64,000 nt of DNA, from assembly GCA_964577145.1 (NCBI GenBank), contig CAZNXM010000002.1, positions 22,601 through 86,600 on the forward strand, written 5' to 3'. The stretch is from an uncultured Candidatus Poseidoniales archaeon (GTDB taxonomy: Archaea > Thermoplasmatota > Poseidoniia > Poseidoniales > Poseidoniaceae). Every line of letters begins with the position of its first letter. Position 1 is the first letter of the stretch. Of the stretch, positions 1 to 9,059 are shown piece after piece. The position numbers and the translations under genes were made by a program. The notes beneath the pieces were generated by a model. The model was not told the origin of the DNA and searched no databases. It saw nothing but the letters and a program-made list of their open reading frames with translations.

Positions 1-154
1 GGATAACTCGGAGAACTTCCCCGATATCCTTTGCCATGAAATCGGATAGTCCAATAACTAACCTATCGTCCTTTTCTTGATACCAAAGGTGGTCTCTAGA
101 GTACTTTCTACTGTGCGCGATTCCAAATTCCATGATTTCCTCGTCCATGGTCAT
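1..154 (-). CDS. gcvH: glycine cleavage system H protein, N-terminal part (gene continues beyond the left edge)
   Basis: My own minus-strand translation from the ATG at 154-152 gives MTMDEEIMEFGIAHSRKYSRDHLWYQEKDDRLVIGLSDFMAKDIGEVLRVI. This fits the conserved GcvH N-terminus (KYsxeHeW...vGiTdfaqxxlGdivfv). It is absent from the ORF track because the fragment is under 60 aa. Confidence 0.7.
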   Translation of the reverse strand, partial: MTMDEEIMEFGIAHSRKYSRDHLWYQEKDDRLVIGLSDFMAKDIGEVLRVI

Positions 155-264
155 CTCCACCGCGCCGTCAAACAAGTGGTATTTTAACGCGATGTTTGTG
201 AGAGCATTTTCAGAGATTCAAAATATGGACAAGTGTCATGTGCTTGAGCCACTTCGGAGTTAGC

Positions 265-1437
265 ATGCAGTTCCACGAAACCGATGAGCAGCAGATGATA
301 AGAGAACTAGTGCGAGATTTCGCAGAAACAGTTCTGCCTCCAACTATTGAACATCGTGATGCCAATCAAATCCCTCCTGCTGCCGAATGGCAGGAATTTC
401 TCGACTTTGGACTTCAAGGTATTACAATACCCGAAGAGTACGGTGGAAATCCTGTCGATGATATCTCTGAAGCGATAATCATCGAGGAATTAGCGAGGGT
501 CGATCCGTCCTTCGCAGTGATGTATTGCGTACATGTTGGCTTGTGTTCCAAAACAATTGCTCTTCATGGAAATGATGATCAAAAATCACGATATCTTCCC
601 CGCCTTGCCGCAGGAGAAGTCGGTGCTTACTCCCTATCAGAGGCTGGAGCTGGGACCGATGCTGCTGCAATGACCTGTAAGGCGAAACTATCCGATGATG
701 GAAGCCATTGGATACTCAACGGCGAGAAAATGTGGGTGACAAATGGAGCACAGGCCCAAATCTATGTATTATTTGCCAAGGATGTCGACCATCCTGATTA
801 TGGTGTAAAGAAGCACGGTGGGTCTACTGCTTTCATCGTAGAGCAATCATATGAAGGATTCACTGTTGGAAAGAAGGAAGATAAGTTGGGGATTAGGTCA
901 TCTGATACCTGCACACTAATCCTCGAGGACTGCAAGGTACCTGCTGGGAATGTTCTCAAGGCACCAGGTAAGGGATTTGGAATTGCTATGAATGCTTTAG
1001 ACAACTCTAGAATCGGTATTGCAGCTCAAGCTCTTGGTATTGCTCAAGGCGCATTCGAGGCCGCCCTCAAGTTTGCGCATGAAAGAGAGACTTTCGGTAA
1101 GCCAATCGCCCACCATCAAATGATTACAACTTATCTTGCAGATATGGCAACAAAAATCGATGCAGCTCGGCTTTTAGTCTACAAAGCCTCATGGGCAAAA
1201 CAGAATCACTACGAGAATGGTGGTCCTCGTCATTCCAAAGAAGCAAGCATGGCTAAATTATTCGCAGGCGATACCGCAATGTGGGTTGCTGAGCGTGCGG
1301 TACAGGTCCTCGGCGGATATGGATATACCAAGGAATTCCCTGTTGAGCGCTTCTTCCGCGATGCAAAGATTACACAGATCTATGAAGGTACTCAAGAAGT
1401 ACAGCGTATCGTAATAGGTCGTGCAATACAGCCTTGA
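265..1437 (+). CDS. acyl-CoA dehydrogenase (short/branched-chain type)
   Basis: ORF 238..1437. 'MQFHETDEQQMIRELVRDFAE' is a canonical ACAD N-terminus, so I place the start at 265. It carries 'YSLSEAGAGTDAA' and the C-terminal 'IYEGTQEVQR' with the catalytic Glu. Confidence 0.85.
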   Translation: MQFHETDEQQMIRELVRDFAETVLPPTIEHRDANQIPPAAEWQEFLDFGLQGITIPEEYGGNPVDDISEAIIIEELARVDPSFAVMYCVHVGLCSKTIALHGNDDQKSRYLPRLAAGEVGAYSLSEAGAGTDAAAMTCKAKLSDDGSHWILNGEKMWVTNGAQAQIYVLFAKDVDHPDYGVKKHGGSTAFIVEQSYEGFTVGKKEDKLGIRSSDTCTLILEDCKVPAGNVLKAPGKGFGIAMNALDNSRIGIAAQALGIAQGAFEAALKFAHERETFGKPIAHHQMITTYLADMATKIDAARLLVYKASWAKQNHYENGGPRHSKEASMAKLFAGDTAMWVAERAVQVLGGYGYTKEFPVERFFRDAKITQIYEGTQEVQRIVIGRAIQP

Positions 1438-2763
1438 TTAAGCAAAATCAATTGCTTCTAGAACCGGTCTGCGACGACTTGGTGAGAAATCAACAATTCG
1501 CGCATTAACATTGATAGTATCACCTTCACTTTTCAATAGAATTTCTTCGTTGAGTTCCACTGGGATTCTGACAAGACCTTCGTACGGGCCTCCATCAATG
1601 AGCCCACTGAGACTTTGTCCTCCGCGGTAGGTTTCATTCCCAAGCAATGTTCTTTCAAATTTAGAAATTTTGATATTGACCATGTGCACCGAGTCTTCCG
1701 CTGCCATTAGTGCTCTTCTTTCAGAGGATAAACGAGCATTTTCCATTGCTTCAATCGCCATCTCTAACGGAGTATTTATTCCCTCATCTAATTCAATCGC
1801 CTCGATAGTAATTGTTGGAGGGGATTGAGTCTCTTCAATTGTGACAATTTCATCTTCGACTATTGGGATCTCCTCTTCTTCGACTATTGGCATTTCCTCA
1901 TCTTCGACTATTGGCATCTCCTCTTCTGCCTCATCGACTACAATCTCTTCTTCGGTCGCGATAATTTCATCGGTAACTTCATCTTCAGCAATATCCTCTT
2001 CGAGGTATTGCTCAGCATCTTCAACCTTATTTTCAATTTCAGTAATGACTTCATCTAGTTTAGAATCAAAATCTTCAATGACTGCTTCTTTCTTTTCAGC
2101 AATCGCTTCTTTAGCATCTTCAATGGCTTGGCGAGCTTTGCCAGTGATGTCCTTTTTGTCATTAACATGACGTGCTACTTTTGCAGCACCTGCAACGGTA
2201 GAAAGCGCTCCAATCCCAGCAAGTGTAGCACCGGTGATTTTGAGGGCCTTGGAAGCAGTAGGAGAGAAGACCAAATTCTTGATCACTTCTTCTTTAGAAC
2301 TACTAGTTTGGACTCCGTACACCGTGGCAATGGAATTGACATCATTGAGGTCAAGGTCTCCAATGTCAATTTTACCTCGACGAACCTCAGAAATTATGAG
2401 TTTCATTCGTTGGTCATCAGGTTGTAAATTAGCGATTTGAGGTTGTATGCTGGCTGCTTGAGATTTGATATCAATCATCGCCGCATTGTCACTGGGTGCT
2501 GAATTGATTGGACCACCAGGCTGCGACCAACCCCATTGGCCTGACTCATCTTGTTTCAGAACCATATTGTTTTGCGCTGCACTATATCCGGCTGTAGCAG
2601 CATTAGAAAGCCCTGCGATTATTAGCATGATGATTCCGATAAGAAACCCGCAGATTCCGATGAATTCAAGACCCTCAAATTGGAAAAACATGACACCTAC
2701 AATGAATGGCACTACTGCGGACCTCAGCAATGGATTAGACGCGCCTTCTAGTTCGCTCATCAT
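1438..2763 (-). CDS. membrane-anchored protein with a highly acidic repeat region, function unknown
   Basis: 441-aa ORF. It has N-terminal hydrophobic helices (VVPFIVGVMFF..., ICGFLIGIIMLIIAGL), a coiled-coil-like K/E-rich middle and the acidic repeat EEMPIVEDEEMPIVEEEEIPIVEDE. I recognise no family. Confidence 0.45.
   Translation of the reverse strand: MMSELEGASNPLLRSAVVPFIVGVMFFQFEGLEFIGICGFLIGIIMLIIAGLSNAATAGYSAAQNNMVLKQDESGQWGWSQPGGPINSAPSDNAAMIDIKSQAASIQPQIANLQPDDQRMKLIISEVRRGKIDIGDLDLNDVNSIATVYGVQTSSSKEEVIKNLVFSPTASKALKITGATLAGIGALSTVAGAAKVARHVNDKKDITGKARQAIEDAKEAIAEKKEAVIEDFDSKLDEVITEIENKVEDAEQYLEEDIAEDEVTDEIIATEEEIVVDEAEEEMPIVEDEEMPIVEEEEIPIVEDEIVTIEETQSPPTITIEAIELDEGINTPLEMAIEAMENARLSSERRALMAAEDSVHMVNIKISKFERTLLGNETYRGGQSLSGLIDGGPYEGLVRIPVELNEEILLKSEGDTINVNARIVDFSPSRRRPVLEAIDFA
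1855..1926 (-). repeat. three perfect-phase 24-nt tandem repeats inside the CDS, plus a degenerate fourth copy to about 1950
   Basis: Plus-strand copies are ttcgactattgggatctcctcttc (1855-1878), ttcgactattggcatttcctcatc (1879-1902) and ttcgactattggcatctcctcttc (1903-1926). They encode the (E/D)EEMPIVE units of the 1438..2763 protein. Confidence 0.9.
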
Positions 2764-2800
2764 TATCCCCCAGATGATGAATAGACATCAATGTGTAGGT

Positions 2801-4057
2801 TCAAGGCCACTGAACTCGAGGCCACTCGTCCTCATCACCATGCTGCCACGATAAGGTACAGAGTACTCTTTCCATTTCATCCTTGGTTTTGAGGTCCCGT
2901 TCTATCTGAATTCGATGTAACCAGTCTTTGAGTCGGCCCAGCCTTTTACCAGGAATGAGTGCTGTTCGCTCACGGATCCAATCTCCATCGACCAGGCATT
3001 TTACCTCAGCAGGAAGGGAAAGGGAACTTTCGATAATACTAGGGTCCCACCCTCGGGCACGAATCATCATTGCATGAGCCTTAACTTCATCTGAAACTAC
3101 CGCTCTATATATTCTAACCTCGTCGGGATGAGGGGTATTTTCCAATAGGAAATGTAGGTGCTTACTCCGTTTGATAACCCTATTTGGGGCCTTTAGTGAA
3201 CGCAAACTATCTTCCACACCATTACTCGACATCGAGTTCATCAGGATTGCAAGCCTAACTTCGAGGTCGTTATCGCATGCCATTATCCATTCAAATTCAT
3301 CAGGCGTGGGGTCACATCCTAGTATTCTTTGAATAATACCGTCATTTGTCATTTTCAGAAGAACACTGCTCGCATGCTCACCGACGATAATTCGAGTAAG
3401 TTCTTGCCATATCCTTTCAACAGAGACATGGGATAACATATGCTTGCAGTCGAGCAATGCAGCACTCAACTCATGATCAGGCAGCCAAATACCTGCATTA
3501 CCTCTGTCCATGAAACGATAAGCGCGCATTATTCGCAAACCATCCTCTGAAAGTCGTCGTGAGGCGTCCCCTACAGCTCTCAATACTCCTCTATCGAGGT
3601 CATTCCTTCCATCGAATGGGTCGTGAAGCATTTCTCTCGCAACATCATATGCCATTGCATTCATGGTAAAATCACGGCGAGATAGGTCAACAGTGAGGCT
3701 ATCTCCCCACTCAACCTCGTCTGGCCTGCGACCATCGCCATAGGAACCCTCGGTTCTCAAGGTAGTCACCTCAAAGAATTCTTCATCATTCCTGACGGTT
3801 ATTGTGCCAAACTTTTCACCGGTGGGAATATGGTCTTCGAAAATCGCCATCACCTCATCAGGTCGTGCATTTGTAGTAAGGTCAAATTCGTGCGGACCGA
3901 TTCCTAAAATCGCATCTCTAACCGCCCCACCTACGACCCAAACGCCAAATCCTTCTTTGGCAAAAGTATTGAGTACAGCTGAAAGATTTGCACTCGGTTC
4001 AATCAATCCAGGTATGCTTATTGCGGGAGAATCTGCAATCAGGCCAGCGTCTAGCAT
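2801..4057 (-). CDS. class II (bacterial/eukaryal-type) tRNA nucleotidyltransferase / poly(A) polymerase family protein, probable CCA-adding enzyme
   Basis: Carries the class II polymerase-beta NTase head motifs 'VWVVGGAVRDAILG', 'HEFDLTT', 'RRDFTMNAMAY' and 'EDGLRIMRAYRF'. Confidence 0.75.
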   Translation of the reverse strand: MLDAGLIADSPAISIPGLIEPSANLSAVLNTFAKEGFGVWVVGGAVRDAILGIGPHEFDLTTNARPDEVMAIFEDHIPTGEKFGTITVRNDEEFFEVTTLRTEGSYGDGRRPDEVEWGDSLTVDLSRRDFTMNAMAYDVAREMLHDPFDGRNDLDRGVLRAVGDASRRLSEDGLRIMRAYRFMDRGNAGIWLPDHELSAALLDCKHMLSHVSVERIWQELTRIIVGEHASSVLLKMTNDGIIQRILGCDPTPDEFEWIMACDNDLEVRLAILMNSMSSNGVEDSLRSLKAPNRVIKRSKHLHFLLENTPHPDEVRIYRAVVSDEVKAHAMMIRARGWDPSIIESSLSLPAEVKCLVDGDWIRERTALIPGKRLGRLKDWLHRIQIERDLKTKDEMERVLCTLSWQHGDEDEWPRVQWP

Positions 4058-4129
4058 CCTTCTCCCCCTTTCACCCTCGCGCTCAACCTTTCCAAAGCAT
4101 TATCCCAATCCTTCACTCGCCAGAGGACC

Positions 4130-4549
4130 ATGTCGTGGGAAGAATCCGATGTCGAACTGGTGCCTTTGGCTTGGTTGAAACCTCATGAAGAAATAAAAAT
4201 TAGGAATCGCGACAAATTACTCGATATGACAATACGATGGGGAGGATATACCAAACCCTTACTCGTCGATAGAGTGACCGGTTCGATTCTCGATGGGCAT
4301 CATCGTTGGTCTATCGCTATCGAACTTGGACTTGCTAGAATTCCAGTAATTCTAATCGATTATCTTGAGGATGATAGTATCACAGTAGATGTATGGCCTG
4401 GATGTGGTCTTGAGAGTTTGTCCAAACAAGAAGTAATTGAGATGAGTCTATCCGATTCAGTATTTCCACCAAAGACAAGCAAGCACAGTATTTCTAATCA
4501 CTTACCACCAATCCATGTACTCCTTGAGGAATTAGAGAGGTCAGAGTAA
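4130..4549 (+). CDS. ParB/Srx-fold (ParB-like nuclease domain) protein
   Basis: 'LKPHEE...PLLVDRVTGSILDGHHRWSIAIELGLARIPVILIDY' matches the ParB N-terminal/sulfiredoxin-fold signature (DGhHR...lG...iP). Confidence 0.55.
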   Translation: MSWEESDVELVPLAWLKPHEEIKIRNRDKLLDMTIRWGGYTKPLLVDRVTGSILDGHHRWSIAIELGLARIPVILIDYLEDDSITVDVWPGCGLESLSKQEVIEMSLSDSVFPPKTSKHSISNHLPPIHVLLEELERSE

Positions 4550-6307
4550 CAATTCTCTTCTTCGCATAGAGCATTTGATAGCCTTCCAGATTCGATTACC
4601 TTCTCCCTTCACCTTTACAGTATGTTCCGGATGAGCAATTGGTGTGACTTCAACCTCCTGAAGCACTCCTTCTCTCGATAGGGTTAGGCTAACTGGAGTA
4701 TTGGCTGAACCATGTATAGCAGCATTAATTTCTTTGTAAGAAGTCACACGTAGTCCATCGATTGCAATGATCTCATCTCCGGTGTGAACCTTCTGCCTAC
4801 ATGGTGAACCGGTTAGATGGGTTCGAACCTTTGTACGACCTTGGGAATTAGACATTTTCAACCCAAGCCACGCACCTTTACGTTCCTTTTCTCTAACCAA
4901 TTCCATACCAAGGGTTGTAAATGCTGCAAGCACATCAGGAGCCTTTCTTTCGCTGACCAAAGAATCTAGCATCTTGCCGAGGTTTCGTCCTCCAGCAGTA
5001 TTGACCAAAGCCTTCCTAATATCGGCATATTTCACCCCTTCTTTCATCGAACCCAGTCGGAATTCGTTGTATAGAGAAACCATGACATCATCAAGCCCAC
5101 TCATTCCTTTAGAGCGCTTTCGCAATTCGACATCTAGGCAGAAAATCGCCATTTCTCCTTCCAAATAATATGAGATTTGCACCTCACGACTGTAGGAATT
5201 TGGACGGTATAGATGAATCCATGAATCATGACTTGATTCCATTAGAGATTCATGCTCCATACCATTGCGGTCAAAATGGCGATTCATCTTCCTCATCCAA
5301 TCCTTATTCCAGTCACTGTCCGTCCAAGCACCACTTCTGAGGCAAATGATGTCTCCAAGCCATGAGGTAAGTCCTTCAAACCACCACAAGAGGTCGGTAT
5401 GGACCTCTTTTTGCAGGTCGTAATTGAGGAAATTTTGCGGGCGCAATTGCTTAACATTCCATTGATGTAGGAATTCATGACTGAATAAACTCACAAGGTC
5501 CCGCCATTCCTCTTCATTACCTTCTTGCATACATTTCCTAGGCATCATAGATGTCTGACTGCGAAGATGTTCTAGGCCACCCCGGCCAGAATCAGTCAAG
5601 TGCAATACAGTCCAGTATTCCTTCCAATCGGGGACCCCGAATAGCCCAAAGTGCTCTTCGATGATGAGAGTAGCAGCTTCAATGAACCGATCAATAGATT
5701 TCTGTGGGGTGCTGAATCCACCTGAATCCCAGAGTTTTAGATGTTGAGTAGTACCCATGACCTCCCATGAAATCATCTCGTTAGCATTTGATTCCATTAT
5801 TCCGTCAAGAAGTTCATCTCTTCCGTTTGCGGTCCAATGGCCTTCCTTCCCAGGGTGTTGAGTTGCCGTGGTCCAACCATCAGGGCAATCAAGGGTAATA
5901 GAGTGGGTTAGTTCTAGTCTGCCAGCCTCTATTCCGCGTGTCGGTAATACCCACGTATAAGGCGGCATCAGGTGTAGATGTGTGACATCTAGATGATTGG
6001 CTCGGCATGTCATTTCAGCAGCGAGAACCCGATAAGTAAGTACTACCTTGCTTGCAGTACTAATACCGCGAACACGAATGCCATCTACTTCGAATCGTTC
6101 GACCATTATGTCAACGCCATCCGCTGTACAAGATAGGTCTGTTAGATGTTGCATGGGCTCTCTGATAAGATATGAACCAGGGATCCATCTGGGAAATCTG
6201 CATTCAAGAATATTTTCTGTAAATGGGCCCTCAATTATGACACTAACACCGAGCCTTCGGCTCTCTCCTGCAGTCGCATCAGCGTGGAAAGTCAGACCTG
6301 AATTCAT
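4541..6307 (-). CDS. M61-family (glycyl aminopeptidase-like) zinc metallopeptidase with C-terminal PDZ domain
   Basis: Carries 'FSHEFLHQWNVKQLRP' (HEXXH) followed by 'WWFEGLTSW' (gluzincin Glu). The C-terminal segment 'GDEIIAIDGLRV...' is PDZ-like, and the length of about 590 aa is typical of M61. Confidence 0.75.
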   Translation of the reverse strand: MNSGLTFHADATAGESRRLGVSVIIEGPFTENILECRFPRWIPGSYLIREPMQHLTDLSCTADGVDIMVERFEVDGIRVRGISTASKVVLTYRVLAAEMTCRANHLDVTHLHLMPPYTWVLPTRGIEAGRLELTHSITLDCPDGWTTATQHPGKEGHWTANGRDELLDGIMESNANEMISWEVMGTTQHLKLWDSGGFSTPQKSIDRFIEAATLIIEEHFGLFGVPDWKEYWTVLHLTDSGRGGLEHLRSQTSMMPRKCMQEGNEEEWRDLVSLFSHEFLHQWNVKQLRPQNFLNYDLQKEVHTDLLWWFEGLTSWLGDIICLRSGAWTDSDWNKDWMRKMNRHFDRNGMEHESLMESSHDSWIHLYRPNSYSREVQISYYLEGEMAIFCLDVELRKRSKGMSGLDDVMVSLYNEFRLGSMKEGVKYADIRKALVNTAGGRNLGKMLDSLVSERKAPDVLAAFTTLGMELVREKERKGAWLGLKMSNSQGRTKVRTHLTGSPCRQKVHTGDEIIAIDGLRVTSYKEINAAIHGSANTPVSLTLSREGVLQEVEVTPIAHPEHTVKVKGEGNRIWKAIKCSMRRRELLL

Positions 6308-7272
6308 ACTCGCTCGCCCGACAACTCAGATACGGCGGCTGATAGGTTGTTCGCTGCGAGCCTTACGAGCGCAGAATCATCTTCGGTAAGAATTGCGAGT
6401 TTATTTACATCGATTTTCGGCCTTCCACTCATTTGTTCAAGTAATTTGGACCTTATTCGCGCATCTACATTGGTATCGGCAATCAAACGCCAGCGTAGTT
6501 TAGTCGATCGTGGGTCATGTCGAGAGCGAAGCCAACGTATGATAATCTCAGGAGATGTAGTGGCGACTAATTCAACACGCTCATCGACATCTTTGGTAAC
6601 TATTCTCAACTGGTCAGCAATTGCCTTACGCACCTTGGGGTTGGAATCCTTACATGCTTTGGCAAGTAACTTGCCTCCTTGTTCAACCGTCATTGCTGCT
6701 GCGAGAGAACGTAATGATGGGTCACTGGTTCCGAGAGCCTTTGTCAAGGTGCTTTCTTTTACTGCAAGTCCCTCCCTAGAAGCAGTTGCTAGTGCTGTTC
6801 TGCGAACCGATGAGTGACCATCTTCCATGAGCATTGAAATGATGTCTGAGTCCTTGCTGAACTCACCTGCAATCATCCGAACTGAATGGTGACTATCTCC
6901 TGCCATCTCTTCAACCATTTTACTATCATCAGATAGAGCTCGTGCTGCAAAACTTCGAGTGGTCCAATCCTCGGACTGGAAAAGTGTAGTTGCTATTTCC
7001 GTATCTCCAATCTCTGAACACAGTTCTGCAGCGACTCTTTGGCATTCTTTATCTCCTTCAACTAAGGCTTCAAGGTCAGAGGAATTCTTTGCCCATTTCC
7101 TATGGGCATCTAGGGCCTTTGTTCTAAACCAGGGGTCCTTATCTTCTAAAAGTGGAACGAATGCAGGTAATGCAGTAGGGGAATCAATGTCGAATAAGGC
7201 CCTAAGTGCACGCCTTCTTGTACGCACATCCTTATTCTTCAGTCTAGATATTTCGCTATTGATACTCGACAC
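6304..7272 (-). CDS. HEAT / PBS-lyase-type repeat protein
   Basis: Repeated 'D.dp.vR..A...L' units are visible: DKDPWFRTKALDA, SEDWTTRSFAARAL, DSHHSVRMIAGEF, DGHSSVRRTALATA, TSDPSLRSLAAAM, DSNPKVRKAIADQL. There is a 4-nt stop/start overlap with the downstream M61 gene. Confidence 0.65.
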   Translation of the reverse strand: MSSINSEISRLKNKDVRTRRRALRALFDIDSPTALPAFVPLLEDKDPWFRTKALDAHRKWAKNSSDLEALVEGDKECQRVAAELCSEIGDTEIATTLFQSEDWTTRSFAARALSDDSKMVEEMAGDSHHSVRMIAGEFSKDSDIISMLMEDGHSSVRRTALATASREGLAVKESTLTKALGTSDPSLRSLAAAMTVEQGGKLLAKACKDSNPKVRKAIADQLRIVTKDVDERVELVATTSPEIIIRWLRSRHDPRSTKLRWRLIADTNVDARIRSKLLEQMSGRPKIDVNKLAILTEDDSALVRLAANNLSAAVSELSGERV

Positions 7273-7281
7273 AGAATCACC

Positions 7282-8244
7282 TTACGGAATGAAGTCAGAA
7301 TGGCCGGTAGTATCCTCTTCAGAATCAGGAGCGCCCGGTGATGCAAGGCGTGCTTCAACCATCATTTGAACCATCGGCCAGATTCTCAAGAACCATGCTC
7401 CTTCTTCCATCATCAAGCGTACCATTGGGTGTTCGCGTGGGTCATCTAATTCCTCTGGAGGCGGAAGGTCGTCAGGTAGGTGGCGTAATTCAGCAATTAA
7501 ATCACCAAGACGGGAGGTTTCTTCCTCGTCGACCATGCCGAGTTCTTCAAGCAAAAGAGTTGCATTTTCGATTAACTCAGCCATCTCTTCAGGTGAGGGC
7601 GTTCCAAATACGGTATCCTCAATGTTTACAGGTCCGAAAATCACACCTCCGAGGTCAGTTTCAAGATTTATTTCACCTTGTTTTTCAATCTTGATCAATC
7701 GTTGCCCATCCCTATCTCCTATCGGAGCAATTGCAAAGCCCCCATCACAGAGGCCTTCGGATAACCATGTAGGTAGTTCACTAATTTGTCCTGTCACTAG
7801 TACACGATTGAGCGAAGGTAAGGTACAATCCGGAGTATCTTCAATCACGTGGCAAGACACGGTTGGATAACCACGTAAGGTGTTTGAAAGATGCGTAATC
7901 ACATCGATAGATGGGTCAAGAACGGTTACATGTCCTTCTTCGCCAATAACATGAGCGATTAATGCACAGATGTATCCTCCCTTTGCACCATATACTACCA
8001 CTTCTTGCCCAGTGTCCAATTCCAGATGATGGAGTAATGTGGCAATCATATGTGGTGCTGAGATGGTTTTCACGCCACCATTTTCAATTTCAAGAAATAC
8101 TACTGGACGGTCGTGATAGAATCCATCACAATCAAAATCAGTAAAATCACAAATATCAACGGACTTCATTGCATTTGCCACTTCAGGAGGAACATGAATC
8201 CCGGCTCCGATGAGGCGCCCAATGAGTTCGTCTACCTCACCCAT
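7282..8244 (-). CDS. protein-L-isoaspartate O-methyltransferase-like protein with about 100-aa acidic C-terminal extension
   Basis: 'TISAPHMIATLLHHLELDTGQEVVVYGAKGGYICALIAHVIGEEGHVTVLD' resembles the PCMT core (iSaPhm.a.ml..L.l..g..vLeiGtGsGY), but the SAM motif is diverged (YGAKGGY). Confidence 0.55.
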   Translation of the reverse strand: MGEVDELIGRLIGAGIHVPPEVANAMKSVDICDFTDFDCDGFYHDRPVVFLEIENGGVKTISAPHMIATLLHHLELDTGQEVVVYGAKGGYICALIAHVIGEEGHVTVLDPSIDVITHLSNTLRGYPTVSCHVIEDTPDCTLPSLNRVLVTGQISELPTWLSEGLCDGGFAIAPIGDRDGQRLIKIEKQGEINLETDLGGVIFGPVNIEDTVFGTPSPEEMAELIENATLLLEELGMVDEEETSRLGDLIAELRHLPDDLPPPEELDDPREHPMVRLMMEEGAWFLRIWPMVQMMVEARLASPGAPDSEEDTTGHSDFIP

Positions 8245-8349
8245 GCGCAGACACAGTGGCTCGCCATTTGTAAAGGTGGGCTATTAGAAATCAATATCGA
8301 GCATGTCATTAACAGAGAGATTTTCTTCATCCATTCGTACCGGCATTAG

Positions 8350-9039
8350 TCAAGAACCCTTGTTGGTGATAACGAGTACCCCCAACAATAGCCCCGCAAT
8401 TGCTCCCACTGCAGCAAGAATAGAATCCCCGTTAGAAATGGAAGAGAAACCAATTGCTCCTAGTACCATTAATGGGGGACAAATCATCATCGACCTTGTG
8501 ATTACAATCCCCCTGTCCAATATTTGAGGGGTGGAAATGGTGATGGTTTTGGTTCTACGTTGAATCCGGGTTGGTGAAATCTTTTCCTCAACCATGGAAA
8601 GAATACGATCCCTTAGGCTGGATTCACTTCTTGAAAATCTGAAAATCACTCGGATGGAATCGGCCATCTGCAAAGACTTCTCCATAATCAATAATGGATT
8701 TTCTGAATCGGATAATGAAACCGAGACTCCGAGCCCATCCCCTCTGATATGAGATAGGGTTCTCCAGCCTCCAACCCCCTCATTATATGGCTCTAAAGCT
8801 GCTCTCATAGCCGCAACATCCTCTTCGGTATCTGGCCTACCGCGCCTCCTACCCTTTGCCAGCAGAGGTGTCAGAAATATCGCACTGACCACAATTGTAA
8901 GAGCCCAAAGTATTGCAGCCATTATCAGTGCATTATCATCGAAGGTTACAGCAACTCCAACTGCTAACATGAATCCAGCGTATAGTCCAAGAACGCTAGC
9001 GGCGGAAAGGCCGCGACGAAAGCCAACCTTCTCCTCCAT
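8350..9039 (-). CDS. membrane protein, function unknown
   Basis: 229-aa ORF with two N-terminal and two C-terminal hydrophobic helices. I recognise no family. Confidence 0.4.
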   Translation of the reverse strand: MEEKVGFRRGLSAASVLGLYAGFMLAVGVAVTFDDNALIMAAILWALTIVVSAIFLTPLLAKGRRRGRPDTEEDVAAMRAALEPYNEGVGGWRTLSHIRGDGLGVSVSLSDSENPLLIMEKSLQMADSIRVIFRFSRSESSLRDRILSMVEEKISPTRIQRRTKTITISTPQILDRGIVITRSMMICPPLMVLGAIGFSSISNGDSILAAVGAIAGLLLGVLVITNKGS

Positions 9040-9059
9040 GATTCCATGCAGATTAATCC

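Noticed and set aside
1855-1926. Tandem 24-nt repeats considered as a mini CRISPR-like or satellite array.
   Set aside because: The units are contiguous with no spacers, are in-frame within a long ORF and encode a peptide repeat. No cas genes are present in the window.
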